Assembly: GCA_964035575.1 (NCBI GenBank)
Contig: OZ037839.1
Span: forward strand, 1,860,001 to 1,924,000
Length of the DNA stretch: 64,000 bases
Reading direction: 5' to 3'
From: Rhynchopus sp. YZ270_cl-10
Taxonomy: Eukaryota
Shown here: positions 29,166 through 42,143 of the stretch, piece by piece
Layout: each line of letters starts with the position of its first letter
Numbering within the stretch: the stretch's first letter is position 1
Program-made: the position numbers and the translations under genes
Notes under the pieces: model-generated
What the model saw: the letters and a program-made list of their open reading frames with translations, nothing else
Told to the model about the DNA's origin: nothing
Databases searched by the model: none

Positions 29166-30879
29166 GTTACACCGTTCACGCGGCTTTTTGTATTTTAAGT
29201 CTAAAACCTCGCTGCAGAAGACCCTTCTATTCTCCAAGATCAATTTTTTCTTTTACTTTTAAGACAGCAACGCACCGGTATTGGAAGCATACGTCGACCA
29301 ACCCGACCGATGCGTCCCAGCTGGTGGAGCCCCCCAGCAGACCCACCCTGCTGCTGTTTTACGACATGCGTTTTACGTCAGATGACCTCAGCGCATGAGC
29401 CCCCAGATTGCTTTTATTTTTACTTTTATTGTTATTTGCATCACAAGCCAGCCAACGCACCGGTATGCGTCAACCACCCGGCGGTGTTAAGACCAAACCC
29501 ATGCGTCCCAGCTGGTGGACCTCCACACAGACCTCACCTGCATTATGTTTGAACGAACGTTCAGTCCTGGTAATATTGACGTTCAGATACCCCTTTTAAC
29601 AAAGTTTTAGGTTTTCCTTGTCCCCCTTGTTTTTTGAGGATACCTATTCGGGGTTTGCAGACGCTGCCTTGTTTCTATTTTTTTCTCAGATGGAGACTCT
29701 CTGCATGGGTTCATCCGTCTTTGGGCTGACATCGTCAGTCGCAGGAGCTTGCGTCCTGCTCTTTACCTTTTTTCGTACCCTCCACCCACACTTCTAGCGA
29801 CCTTCGTGGGAGGTGGGGCACATTCTATCATTTTGTGTCGACCAAGCTGCGTTTTTAGCACGTTTCAACTACTCTTTTTGTTGTGCATTCATTTTTTTTC
29901 GTACCAACCGGACTGCAGACAGACTTACCGTATTCGTACAAAAAATTGTCGACCGTAATGATGTTCGACCTTTTCAGGATTTTTCTCGAAGTTCGACCTT
30001 TTTTTACGATAATTTGTATCGAAGACGGAAATTAACCTTTTGTATACAATGTCTCTCAGTATTGTTGTTTATGATTGCCTGCAGTATACCTTTTTTTTCT
30101 AATCCGGGGTGGGTTGGAGTAGAGCCACATTTCACCGACAGGTGCGTTCATCACAACCTCTCCGGTTTGTCTTTATTGTTTCTTGATTGTTTTATTGTTT
30201 GCGTGAAAAACATTAATAAGAAAAAGTAGGAGTGCGGTTTCAAAGTTTTTTTATTGTGCACCATGCTTTCTGTTGTTTTTAAAATTTATTGCTATCGCCA
30301 ATTCAAGTAGTAATTGACCCCACCACCACCACCACCACCTTCACCTCATCCATACTGTTTTGTTCTTTGTTGTGTTCCGTTTGCCATTTGAGGATCTCCA
30401 TTCTGCACTTGCACTGATCCTTGCACACGAGGAGAGCACGTGAAGCCGTAGTGGTAGCAGTGTGGGCACCACGTATCTACGGCACGCGGTTCATTAGCTT
30501 CCTTGCTACACTGTGTACGATGGTTCGTTAACGGGCTCAACCAGACAAATCACTCCACACAGGAGCAGCCATGCACCACTTTTTTATGAACCTTCACAGA
30601 GCCCCCTCACTTGCCCTCTGCACACCTCAACACACACGACACCACTCCACTGACCACCCTCACCTCTTACCACAGAGACTGTACCTACGTGAAGGCTTTG
30701 TACAGTTTGACAAAACCTTCTTGCACAGGGTACACTGTCCTGAGAGGGATTCAACTCAACTTTCCCCCACAAACCTCTCCCTCTTCCTCTCCCCCTCCCT
30801 CTTCCCCCCTGTACCTTCCTCTCTCCCGTTACCGTCACCAAGACGCACAGACGACTAACAACACTCAGTAACACAAACA

Positions 30880-32340
30880 ATGAACACAGAGTTTGACGCA
30901 AAGCACGTTGTGAAGTGTTGTGCCGCTGCCGCAGGGACAGGGCTGCTGCTGAGGAAGGTGTGCGCCGCGTGCAGAACGCCCCCACCACCAGCACCACCAA
31001 CCCGCTCGGTGCCTTGCCCGGAGACTGCACGCAGACCGTTCGATGAGTGCGAGGTGCTGAACGAGAAGGAGCAGAATGAAAAATCCTTGCGGATCTGTCG
31101 TGTGCAGACCATCACGTACTTTAGGCAGAAGGAAGGCGCAGAGGACGGCCTGGTGGAGTATCTCCGTGACAGAGTTGCGCAAATGATAGCAAAAAACCCG
31201 TGGATGGCAGGGGAGATCCGTTTGCGTGATGCGAAGGACAGCAGCTCTCCGATGTGTCTGACGTGGAGGCATGAGGTGTCTGCTGAAGAAGCTGCCGAAC
31301 ACTTCCATGTGTTCGAATGCGACGAACGTACGGAGGCCACCCTGCAGGAGGTCTACGGTCGCAACCACGGGGTCGTGCCGGACACATCCCCGCCAAGCTT
31401 TTCAGAGTTTTCCTTGCGGATCCTTGAGAAGTACAGCCCTACCGGCGTGCCTCTCGTCTTCTACAGCCTGCTGCGGATGAAGTCTGGGTACCTCCTGGTC
31501 TCCTCCTGCAGTCACATTGTGGCGGACGGTGCGACGCACTACATGCTGCGTGCGATGCTCTCCAACGACGTTGAGGTGCAAGCGTTGGACAACAAACGTG
31601 TCCCCGAGGCAGACGCGATGACCAACCATTGGCTGCCAAACGGGCTTGCGGCAGAGAACATGAGAGGCTTTCTGTTCGGCATAATGTGCTCGAAGCTGTA
31701 CATGGCGTGCTCCTCGTTGCCGCTCATCGGTCGTTTGTTTCCACCGCAGGCTGGTTTGGGGGTGTTTATCATGAATCAAACTGAAATTAATCGCCGCAAA
31801 AAGATTTCGGCAGATCGCAACCACGAGGGGCGTAAGGGTGTAGAATACGTTTCGAGCAATGATGTGATGACGACGTGGTGGTGGAACAAATTTCTGCGGA
31901 AGGGACAGCAGGTGTGGTGCGTCTTGAACCTTCGCGGACGTGCCGAGGGGGTGACGAGCACGAAGGCGGGGAACTACATCGGGACGATGATCATCCAGAG
32001 TGACGACAAGGAGGTCACACCGGAGCACCTCCGTGAGGTCCTCATCCACGGCAACAACTCCGAACACCGCGAAGACTCGACCCTCGATTACTACACGAGA
32101 CAGGTCGCCTTTTTGACAAACTGGAAGAGCTTCCACAGGAAGCTCGTCACACCGACACACGACCAGGTCATGCACCTCCCCGTTGTCGATCTCAGCATGC
32201 GTTGGGGCAACTTCCTCTTCATCTTTGGCACCGGCTGTGGTGACGACGAGACAGGTATCTATGGCGATCGTACAGTCTTCTGTGCACCACCCAGCCTCGA
32301 CAATGACTCAATGGTGGCACGCCAGCTGATGCGTGGATGA
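30880..32340 (+). CDS. BAHD-like acyltransferase, copy C
   Basis: Intact 486-aa paralogue. Confidence 0.8.
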   Translation: MNTEFDAKHVVKCCAAAAGTGLLLRKVCAACRTPPPPAPPTRSVPCPETARRPFDECEVLNEKEQNEKSLRICRVQTITYFRQKEGAEDGLVEYLRDRVAQMIAKNPWMAGEIRLRDAKDSSSPMCLTWRHEVSAEEAAEHFHVFECDERTEATLQEVYGRNHGVVPDTSPPSFSEFSLRILEKYSPTGVPLVFYSLLRMKSGYLLVSSCSHIVADGATHYMLRAMLSNDVEVQALDNKRVPEADAMTNHWLPNGLAAENMRGFLFGIMCSKLYMACSSLPLIGRLFPPQAGLGVFIMNQTEINRRKKISADRNHEGRKGVEYVSSNDVMTTWWWNKFLRKGQQVWCVLNLRGRAEGVTSTKAGNYIGTMIIQSDDKEVTPEHLREVLIHGNNSEHREDSTLDYYTRQVAFLTNWKSFHRKLVTPTHDQVMHLPVVDLSMRWGNFLFIFGTGCGDDETGIYGDRTVFCAPPSLDNDSMVARQLMRG

Positions 32341-33201
32341 GGGAAGTGAGGGAGAGAGGTGGTGACCTTTTAAAACACGATTATTGTGTCAAGCTGAGAG
32401 AGTGGCATGTTGAAACCTTTCATTAAAACCCCCTTTTTCAAAGTGGCAGGACTCGTGAGATATTCAAAAAAAAGTGGAGATTTGCACAACTGTGGCAACA
32501 CAACCGAGGCAACTACAACATTTTATCGATTTTTTTTTTTTTGAAACACGGTGAAAAATAACACTTCACCTGCTCACATACCTATGCTATTGGGCAATGT
32601 ATTTCTCTTGGGAACTAGCCAGATGCTTTCAAATGCTCATGTAATTGACAATTGAATTGTTAACCGTGTGTTCCCTCTGGCTTCCGGAAGCACTCCTGCG
32701 TCTGGAGACCGGCAGCCGTCAGATTGTGACGAAGGACACAGCCGAGAATCAGGATGAAGCAGGGGGGCACTTTGTTTGCGAGAAGCAACACTGTCGTACC
32801 CTGTTGTTGGCTTGGGTTCTCTCTTCCGTACTTTTTCTTCTTTCTTCCTGCCAAGTGAGGCTTTTAAGCTCATCTTTGCAACCCTTCATATCAGAACGAA
32901 CTCTGCTGGGGGGCTCCACCAGCTGGGACACATCGGTCGGGTTGATCGACGTATGCTTCCAATACCGACAATGTGGATTATTAATCCGGATTGTCGTAAT
33001 CCACATTTTTAGAGTCCACATTGTCGTTCCCCTTTTTTTAAAAACAAAAAGAAAACCGACGCGGGAGCTTTTCTTGGAACTGTTTTATTCTCCTCACCCC
33101 AACAACAATATCACATTCAGAAAAACATTGTTTTTTCGTTTTTATTCGCATTCTTTTCTTCTTCCTCACACTTTGTTACTGTGAAGAAAAAAATTTTCGT
33201 T

Positions 33202-33362
33202 AACCAACCTCTTTTCAACCTTCTTTGCGTCAGATGTTCTATGCGTAGGGTCTAACTGGCCTTAGTGGACCTGAACCAACCTCTTTTCATTCTTCTTTGC
33301 TCAGGTGTTTCCATGCGTAGGGTCTAGCTGGCCTTAGTGGACCGGAACCAACCTCTTTTCAA
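33202..33362. repeat. 72-bp tandem repeat, ~2.2 copies
   Basis: aaccaacctcttttca at 33202, 33274 and 33346 with similar intervening sequence. Confidence 0.85.
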
Positions 33363-33718
33363 TCTTGTTCTTTGATTTATCTCTACTTTAGCAGCAAAAA
33401 TACACTGCACACTCGTTGAGTGCCTCACGAAACCTCAAATTACTTCTTATTTGCTTTTATTTATCGTCTTCACGCTTTATCGTTGTTGTTGGGTTGGGAA
33501 ATAAAATTAGGGGGGTGAGGGGGGGTTTTACCCCCTCTCACGATTTTTTGAACAAGATAAAACAAAAAAGCTCGCATTTCTTTTATCGAACAGATTCTCC
33601 GCCCCGTACCCAAAACGTAAACACCACTTTGAATCAGAAAAAATATCTTCCTCTCCTTTTTTCTTCCACACGCGCTGGTTTTTGTATTTCGCTAATTTTT
33701 ATCAAAAAGCTTTCTTTA

Positions 33719-33862
33719 TATGATACAACTGCGTACGTATGGCGTAAGATGGCGTCTGCAGCAGCGTTGTGCGAAGACGGCTTTGACATGAGCTATGAGG
33801 GAAGGTGATGCCCGAAGGTGCGGACTCACGCGGTTGAGTACTGGGGACACAACCGTCCTGGC
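33719..33862 (+). pseudogene. Degenerate relic of the same ubiquitin-like domain
   Basis: RKMASAAALCEDGFDMSYEGR and TRLSTGDTTVLA versus RQKVASATGLCEDSFRMGFGGK and TELSAGDTVVLT; frameshifted. Confidence 0.7.
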
Positions 33863-36544
33863 CTGTCCACCACGACGCTTCGGGTTTGCGACAGACGACG
33901 CTGGGAGGCCACCTGCGGAAGAAGCAGAACGACGGACCTCGCGGTCTTGTGTCGCTCACACGCACGATGGACGGCATTGGTACCAGCAGAGCGTTTGAGC
34001 AGGACACCGTAGCCCCCGCCGACAGCAACGACCACGCAAGAGTGGGCAGTGGTTGCCAGTGGTGTAGCGGGAGTTTTTGTACACTCCGGTGACGGGAACG
34101 AAGGACTCGTATGCTGCAGGTACTAGCTTGGCGCCAGTTTCCAGACGTGGAGGTTGTGTCGGACAGGAACCTACACTACACTAGTGCGCCCGTTATTTGC
34201 GTAGTTTTCCCTGCAATGTGACGACGAGCCCACTGAGCCTGTATGACGTTTGCGGATGTACCTGGGATCGGCTTCCCTGCTGAGGAGGCGTTGTTTTCTA
34301 TGGGACGCTGTTCACGCTCCGTTGCGAAGACGCGGAGTATGGAGCTGCAGGATTGCGGTGTGTGGACGATTGAGCGCACGTGGAAGAACCAGAGGTACTA
34401 CATCATAGTCTGCACGGCTGTGGAGGTGACGTTGATGTGTAGCGCCGCCCTGCAGGAATAGTAGCCCTCAGTGATCCGTATCACCAGCATCGGCCCGCAA
34501 GGCTGAGGACAGACCACTCCTCGCCCTCCCCACCTTCAAGATTGCGTAGAAGACCGATTGGCTCGCCTTCTGATCGATGCGAGGGAATACGACATTGGGG
34601 TACCATGCTCAGATGCTACCCCCTATGCGACAAGAGTCTAAACCGGTTCTCCCTCACCTCACAACTGCACGACATCGAGCGCTCACCCACAACCTTCTCT
34701 GTTGCGTAGATTCTCTAGGGGATGTCGGGGCCGCGATGCCTTAGTATGCCTTTGCGAAGTGATTCATCAATCTCCGCACAGGAAAAGGCGGTGAAGATCC
34801 TTTGTGGTGACGTGACTCCGCCGTGGAGTTGTCGTGGGAAGCCCCCAGGCCGTAATCTCGCGGGGCAACAGAGTCAGCTGCAGCCTTGGCGATGAGGGCG
34901 GTGACCAGCTCCCTCATGCGAATTGACGGGTACGCATTACTGTGTATTTATGCTCGGATGTTTTTTGTGTCTGTTTGCTCTGTCTTACTTTCCTGTTATA
35001 TGAATGCGGATGACTGTATACTTGGTGGTCCTGCCCCTGCATTGAGTAAAGTCCTTGGTTGAGCCCTGGTGTGAGACTGAGTGCCGAGTGGGCTCGTCTT
35101 TTATGGGTGATGAGTTCTTCTGGTCTCTTGCGTGGATCGAGTATTTGTTGTTCGGATATGTTTCATGCTTTCGTTTCTGTGTGCTGTTTGCACTTTGTTT
35201 GTTCTTTCTGAGCCACGAACACTGATGAGTTTATACTTGGTAATCCTGCTTGAGTACAGTTCTTGGATGAGCCAGGTGATGAGTTCTTGTGTCGTCTCGT
35301 ATGGTAGTCCTGCTTGAGTGAAGTTCTTGGTTGAGCTAGGTGAGAGATTAAGTTCTTGGTTGAGCCTGGTAATGAGTTCTCGTGGTCTCTTGCTTGGCTT
35401 GAGTATTGGATGCTCGGATGTTATATGATGCTCTCTCCCGGTGCTGTTTTGCACTCTGTTGTTGCCATTCTTTTTCGCTGCACTAAAGTCAAATGAGTTT
35501 GTACCTGTACTTATGGTAAGATCCTGGTTGATCTCATGGATTGGACAGAGCACTTGTGGGCTCGCCTGTCCGGGGAAGAGAGCTGGTGGTCTCTCGTAGG
35601 ACAGAGTGCGGGATGCTCGGGTGTCCTTCGTGTTTCTTTCTCGGTGCCGTGTGCACCCTTCGCTCCCCTGGCTCCATGAATGTTAGTGTATTTTTCTCTT
35701 ACATAGTGCTCTTGTAGTCTCTAAGTGGATTGAGTGCTGGATGCTTGCTAACATCTCTTGTGACTTTCTTACGATTTTTTCTGCTACGCTCGTCGTAGCG
35801 CTTTCTTGTGACGCTTCTCGGTTCCCTCTCTGGAACATGTATACATGTTTCTGTTTGCTCTGTCAGTACACAGCCTAGCGGCGTGTCTGCTCTTACGTAT
35901 CGCTTGTTCTTTGTCATAAAGCAGAAAAATATGCACACGCATCAAATTTTAAAAACCCCTGCACCTGTGTTGTCATTATTTCCCTAGTTTCGAGTGCGAA
36001 ACGTTTCTACATGTATTGCACGGGAAACAATATGACAAACAGGTACAGGGTGGGTCCGTGCTTATCATAGAACCTGGTACCTTGTGCGTCTTCCAAAAAC
36101 CAAAAGCGTTGTTACAACTTGTATGTGTAGTTTTGAAGAAATTGAAACCGCACCCACTTTTCCTTTTTATGTTTTTCCCCCACCCCCACAAACAATAAAG
36201 CAATACAAACAATAAAGACAAAAGGGAGACGTTGTGGTGAAACGCACACACCCCAACCTGTCGGTGAAGTGTGTCTCTACTCCAACCCGCCGCAGATTAG
36301 AAAAATGGAAAAAGGAAGGGAGTAGGGTACGGTGTTCAATTTCCTTTTAGCATTGCATGTAATCATAGAAGGAAAAGTGTCGGACTGCATGGTTCGGGTC
36401 CACCCCGTACACCAAGGTACACTCAGTAACACTGTCCTGAGATGGATTCAACTCAACTTTCCCCCACAAACCTCTCCCTCTTCCCCTCTCCCGTTACCGT
36501 CACCACGACGCAGAGACGACTAACGACACTTAATAACGCAAACA

Positions 36545-38005
36545 ATGAACACAGAGTTTGACGCAAAGCACGTTGTGAAGTGTTGTGCCGCTGCCGCAGG
36601 GACAGGGCTGCTGCTGAGGAAGGTGTGCGCCGCGTACAGAACGCCCCCACCACCAGCACCACCAACCCGCTCGGTGCCTTGCCCGGAGACTGCACGCAGA
36701 CACTTCGATGAGTGCGAGGTGCTGAACGAGAAGGAGCAGAATGAAGAGTTCTTGCGGGTCTCTCGTGTGCAGAGCGTCACGTACTTTAGGCAGAAGGAAG
36801 GCGCAGAGGACGGCCTGGTGGAGTATCTCCGTGACAGAGTTGCGCAAATGATAGCAAAAAACCCGTGGATGGCAGGGGAGATCCGTTTGCGTGATGCGAA
36901 GGACAGCAGCTCTCCGATGTGTCTGACGTGGAGGCATGAGGTGTCTGCTGAAGAAGCTGCCGAACACTTCCATGTGTTCGAATGCGACGAACGTACGGAG
37001 GCCACCCTGCAGGAGGTCTACGGTCGCAACCACGGGGTCGTGCCGGACACACCCCCGCCAAGCTTTTCAGAGTTTTCCTTGCGGATCCTTGAGAAGTACA
37101 GCCCTGCCGGCGTGCCTCTCGTTTTCTACAGCCTGCTGCGGATGAAGTCTGGGTACCTCCTGGTCTCGTCCTGCAGTCACATTGTGGCGGACGGTGCGAC
37201 GCACTACATGATGCGTGCGATGCTCTCCAACGACGTTGAGGTGCAAGCGTTGGACAACAAACGTGTCCCCGAGGCAGACGCGATGACCAACCATTGGCTG
37301 CCAAACGGGCTTGCGGCAGAGAACATGAGAGGCTTTCTGTTCGGCATAATGTGCTCGAAGCTGTACATGGCGTGCTCCTCGTTGCCGCTCATCGGTCGTT
37401 TGTTTCCACCGCAGGCTGGTTTGGGGGTGTTTATCATGAATCAAACTGAAATTAATCGCCGCAAAAAGATTTCGGCAGATCGCAACCACGAGGGACGTAA
37501 AGAGGTCAAATATGTCTCGAGCAATGATGTGATGACGACGTGGTGGTGGAACAAATTTCTGCGGAAGGGACAGCAGGTGTGGTGCGTCTTGAACCTTCGC
37601 GGACGTGCCGAGGGGGTGACGAGCACGAAGGCGGGGAACTACATCGGGACGATGATCATCCAGAGCGACGACAAGGAGGTCACACCTGAGCACCTCCGTG
37701 AGGTCCTCATCCACGGCAACAACTCCGAACACCGCGAAGACTCGACCCTCGACTACTACACAAGACAGGTCGCCTTTTTGACAAACTGGAAGACCTTCCA
37801 CAGGAAGCTCGTCACACCGACACACGACCAGGTCATGCACCTCCCCGTTGTCGATCTCAGCATGCGTTGGGGCAACAGCCTCTTCGTCTTTGGCACCGGC
37901 TGTGGTGACGACGAGACAGGTATCTATGGCGATCGTACAGTCTTCTGTGCACCGCCCAGCCTCGACAATGACTCAATGGTGGCACGCCAGCTGATGCGTG
38001 GATGA
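36545..38005 (+). CDS. BAHD-like acyltransferase, copy D
   Basis: Intact 486-aa paralogue, closest to B. Confidence 0.8.
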   Translation: MNTEFDAKHVVKCCAAAAGTGLLLRKVCAAYRTPPPPAPPTRSVPCPETARRHFDECEVLNEKEQNEEFLRVSRVQSVTYFRQKEGAEDGLVEYLRDRVAQMIAKNPWMAGEIRLRDAKDSSSPMCLTWRHEVSAEEAAEHFHVFECDERTEATLQEVYGRNHGVVPDTPPPSFSEFSLRILEKYSPAGVPLVFYSLLRMKSGYLLVSSCSHIVADGATHYMMRAMLSNDVEVQALDNKRVPEADAMTNHWLPNGLAAENMRGFLFGIMCSKLYMACSSLPLIGRLFPPQAGLGVFIMNQTEINRRKKISADRNHEGRKEVKYVSSNDVMTTWWWNKFLRKGQQVWCVLNLRGRAEGVTSTKAGNYIGTMIIQSDDKEVTPEHLREVLIHGNNSEHREDSTLDYYTRQVAFLTNWKTFHRKLVTPTHDQVMHLPVVDLSMRWGNSLFVFGTGCGDDETGIYGDRTVFCAPPSLDNDSMVARQLMRG

Positions 38006-40234
38006 GGGAAGTGAGGGAGAGAGGGTGGTGACCTTTTAAAACACGATTATTGTGTCAAGCTGAGAGAGTGGCATGTTGAAACCTTTCATTAAAACCCCCT
38101 TTTTCAAAGTGGCAGGACTCGTGAGATATTCAAAAAAAAGTGGAGATTGCACAACTGTGGCAACACAACCGAGGCAACTACAACAATTTATCAAATTTTA
38201 TTTTTTTAAATACGGTGAAAAATAGCACTTCACCTGCTCACATACCTATGCTATTGGGCAATGTATTTCTCTTGGGAACTAGCCAGATGCTTTCAAATGC
38301 TCATGCAATTGACAATTGAATTGTTAACCGTGTGTTCCCTCTGGCTTCCGGAAGCACTCCTGCGTCTGGAGACCGGCAGCCGTCAGATTGTGACGAAGGA
38401 CACAGCCGAGAAGCAGGACGAAGCAGGGGGACACTTTGTTTGCGAGAAGCAACACTGTCGTACCCTGTTGTTGGCTTGGGTTCTCTCTTCCGCACTTTTT
38501 CTTCTTTCTTCCTGCCAAGTGAGGCTTTTAAGCTCATCTTTCCAACCCTTCATATCAGAACGAACTGGATATTGTCTGCTGGATGGGGTCCACCCCGGTA
38601 CACCGTTCACGCGGCTTTTTGTATTTTAAGTCTAAAACCTCGCTGCAGAAGACCCTTCTATTCTCCAAGATCAATTTTTTATTTTACTTTTAAGACAGCA
38701 ACGCACCGGTATTGGAAGCATACGTCGACCAACCCGACCGATGCGTCCCAGCTGGTGGAGCCCCCCAGCAGACCCACCCTGCTGCTGTTTTACGACATGC
38801 GTTTTACGTCAGATGACCTCAGCGCATGAGCCCCCAGATTGCTTTTATTTTTACTTTTATTGTTATTTGCATCACAAGCCAGCCAACGCACCGGTATGCG
38901 TCAACCACCCGGCGGTGTTAAGACCAAACCCATGCGTCCCAGCTGGTGGACCTCCACACAGACCTCACCTGCATTATGTTTGAACGAACGTTCAGTTCTG
39001 GTAATATTGACGTTCAGATACCCCTTTTAACAAAGTTTTAGGTTTTCCTTGTCCCCCTTGTTTTTTGAGGATACCTATTCGGGGTTTGCAGACGCTGCCT
39101 TGTTTCTATTTTTTTCTCAGATGGAGACTCTCTGCATGGGTTCATCCGTCTTTGGGCTGACATCGTCAGTCGCAGGAGCTTGCGTCCTGCTCTTTACCTT
39201 TTTTCGTACCCTCCACCCACACTTCTAGCGACCTTCGTGGGAGGTGGGGCATATTCTATCATTTTGTGTCGACCAAGCTGCGTTTTAGCACGTTTCAACT
39301 ACTCTTTTTGTTGTGCATTCATTTTTTTTCGTACCAACCGGACTGCAGACAGACTTACCGTATTCGTACAAAAAATTGTCGACCGTAATGATGTTCGACC
39401 TTTTCAGGATTTTTCTCGAAGTTCGACCTTTTTTTACGATAATTTGTATCGAAGACGGAAATTAACCTTTTGTATACAATGTCTCTCAGTATTGTTGTTT
39501 ATGATTGCCTGCAGTATACCTTTTTTTTCTAATCCGGGGTGGGTTGGAGTAGAGCCACATTTCACCGACAGGTGCGTTCATCACAACCTCTCCGGTTTGT
39601 CTTTATTGTTTCTTGATTGTTTTATTGTTTGCGTGAAAAACATTAATAAGAAAAAGTAGGAGTTCGGTTTCAAAGTTTTTTTATTGTGCACCATGCTTTC
39701 TGTTGTTTTTAAAATTTATTGCTATCGCCAATTCAAGTAGTAATTGACCCCACCACCACCACCACCACCTTGCCATTTGAGGATCTCCATTCTGCACTTG
39801 CACTGATCCTTGCACACGAGGAGAGCACGTGAAGCCGTAGTGGTAGCAGTGCGGGCACCACGTATCTACGGCACGCGGTTCATTAGCTTCCTTGCTACAC
39901 TGTGTACGATGGTTCGTTAACGGGCTCAACCAGACAAATCACTCCACCCACGAGCGGTCATGCAACACTTTTTTATGAACCTTCACAGAGCCCTCACCTG
40001 CCCTCTGCACACCTCAACACACGCGACACCACTCCACTGACCACCCTCACCTCTTACCACAGAGACTGTACGTACGTGAAGGCTTTGTACAGTTTGACAA
40101 AACCTTCTTGCACAGGGTACACTGTCCTGAGATGGATTCAACTCAACTTTCCCCCACAAACCTCTCCCTCTTCCCCTCTCCCGTTACCGTCACCAAGACG
40201 CACAGACGACTAACAACACTCAGTAACACAAACA

Positions 40235-41695
40235 ATGAACACAGAGTTTGACGCAAAGCACGTTGTGAAGTGTTGTGCCGCTGCCGCAGGGACAGGGCTG
40301 CTGCTGAGGAAGGTGTGCGCCGCGTGCAGAACGCCCCCACCACCAGCACCACCAACCCGCTCGGTGCCTTGCCCGGAGACTGCACGCAGACCGTTCGATG
40401 AGTGCGAGGTGCTGAACGAGAAGGAGCAGAATGAAAAATCCTTGCGGATCTGTCGTGTGCAGACCATCACGTACTTTAGGCAGAAGGAAGGCGCAGAGGA
40501 CGGCCTGGTGGAGTATCTCCGTGACAGAGTTGCGCAAATGATAGCAAAAAACCCGTGGATGGCAGGGGAGATCCGTTTGCGTGATGCGAAGGACAGCAGC
40601 TCTCCGATGTGTCTGACGTGGAGGCATGAGGTGTCTGCTGAAGAAGCTGCCGAACACTTCCATGTGTTCGAATGCGACGAACGTACGGAGGCCACCCTGC
40701 AGGAGGTCTACGGTCGCAACCACGGGGTCGTGCCGGACACACCCCCGCCAAGCTTTTCAGAGTTTTCCTTGCGGATCCTTGAGAAGTACAGCCCTGCCGG
40801 CGTGCCTCTCGTTTTCTACAGCCTGCTGCGGATGAAGTCTGGGTACCTCCTGGTCTCGTCCTGCAGTCACATTGTGGCGGACGGTGCGACGCACTACATG
40901 CTGCGTGCGATGCTCTCAAACGACGTTGAGGTGCAAGCGTTGGACAACAAACGTGTCCCCGAGGCAGACGCGATGACCAACCATTGGCTGCCAAACGGGC
41001 TTGCGGCAGAGAACATGAGAGGCTTTCTCTTTGGCGTAATGTGCTCGAAGCTGTACATGGCGTGCTCCTCGTTGCCGCTCATCGGTCGTTTGTTTCCACC
41101 GCAGGCTGGTTTGGGGGTGTTTATCATGAATCAAACTGAAATTAATCGCCGCAAAAAGATTTCGGCAGATCGCAACCACGAGGGGCGTAAAGATGTCAAA
41201 TACGTTTCGAGCAATGATGTGATGACGACGTGGTGGGGGAACAAATTTCTGCGGAAGGGAATGCAGATGTGGTGTATTGTGAACCTTCGCGGACGTGCCG
41301 AGGGGGTGACGAGCACGAAGGCGGGGAACTACATCGGAGCTATGGTCATCCAGAGCGACGACAAGGAGGTCACACCTGAGCACCTCCGTGAGGTCCTCAT
41401 CCACGGCAACAACTCCGAACACCGCGAAGACTCGACCCTCGATTACTACACGAGACAGGTCGCCTGTTTGACAAACTGGAAGACCTTCCACAGGAAGCTC
41501 GTCACACCGACACACGACCAGGTCATGCACCTCCCCGTTGTCGATCTCAGCATGCGTTGGGGCAACTGCCTCTTCATGTTTGGCACCGGCTGTGGCGACG
41601 ACGAGACAGGTATCTATGGCGATCGTACAGTCTTCTGTGCACCGCCCAGCCTCGACAATGACTCAATGGTGGCACGCCAGCTGATGCGTGGATGA
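40235..41695 (+). CDS. BAHD-like acyltransferase, copy E
   Basis: Intact 486-aa paralogue with A-, B- and C-type patches. Confidence 0.8.
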   Translation: MNTEFDAKHVVKCCAAAAGTGLLLRKVCAACRTPPPPAPPTRSVPCPETARRPFDECEVLNEKEQNEKSLRICRVQTITYFRQKEGAEDGLVEYLRDRVAQMIAKNPWMAGEIRLRDAKDSSSPMCLTWRHEVSAEEAAEHFHVFECDERTEATLQEVYGRNHGVVPDTPPPSFSEFSLRILEKYSPAGVPLVFYSLLRMKSGYLLVSSCSHIVADGATHYMLRAMLSNDVEVQALDNKRVPEADAMTNHWLPNGLAAENMRGFLFGVMCSKLYMACSSLPLIGRLFPPQAGLGVFIMNQTEINRRKKISADRNHEGRKDVKYVSSNDVMTTWWGNKFLRKGMQMWCIVNLRGRAEGVTSTKAGNYIGAMVIQSDDKEVTPEHLREVLIHGNNSEHREDSTLDYYTRQVACLTNWKTFHRKLVTPTHDQVMHLPVVDLSMRWGNCLFMFGTGCGDDETGIYGDRTVFCAPPSLDNDSMVARQLMRG

Positions 41696-42143
41696 GGGAA
41701 GTGAGGGAGAGAGGGTGGTGACCTTTTAAAACACGATTGCATGTTGAAACCTTTCATTAAAACCCCCTTTTTCAAAGTGGCAGGACTCGTGAGATATTCA
41801 AAAAAAAGTGGAGATTTGCACAACTGTGGCAACACAACCGAGGCAACTACAACATTTTATCAAAAAAACATTTTTGAAATACGGGTGAAAAATAACACTT
41901 CACCTGCTCACATACCTATGCTATTGGGCAATGTATTTCTCTTGGGAACTAGCCAGATGCTTTCAAATGCTCATGCAATTGACAATTGAATTGTTAACCG
42001 TGTGTTCCCTCTGGCTTCCGGAAGCACTCCTGTGTCTGGATCGTCATATTGTGACGAAGGACACAGCCGAGAAGCAGGATGAAGCAGGGGGACACTTTGT
42101 TTGCGAGAAGCAACACTGTCGTACCCTGTTGTTGGCTTGGGGT

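Larger units (their letters stand above)
36382..42143 (+). repeat. Segmental duplicate of about 26929-32820 (two acyltransferase genes plus spacer)
   Basis: Near-identical genes and intergenic DNA at ~9.4-kb offset. Confidence 0.9.

Noticed and set aside
33202..33362. CRISPR-like repeat-spacer pattern
   Set aside because: The intervening sequences are similar to each other (tandem duplication), there are no cas genes, and the context is eukaryotic.
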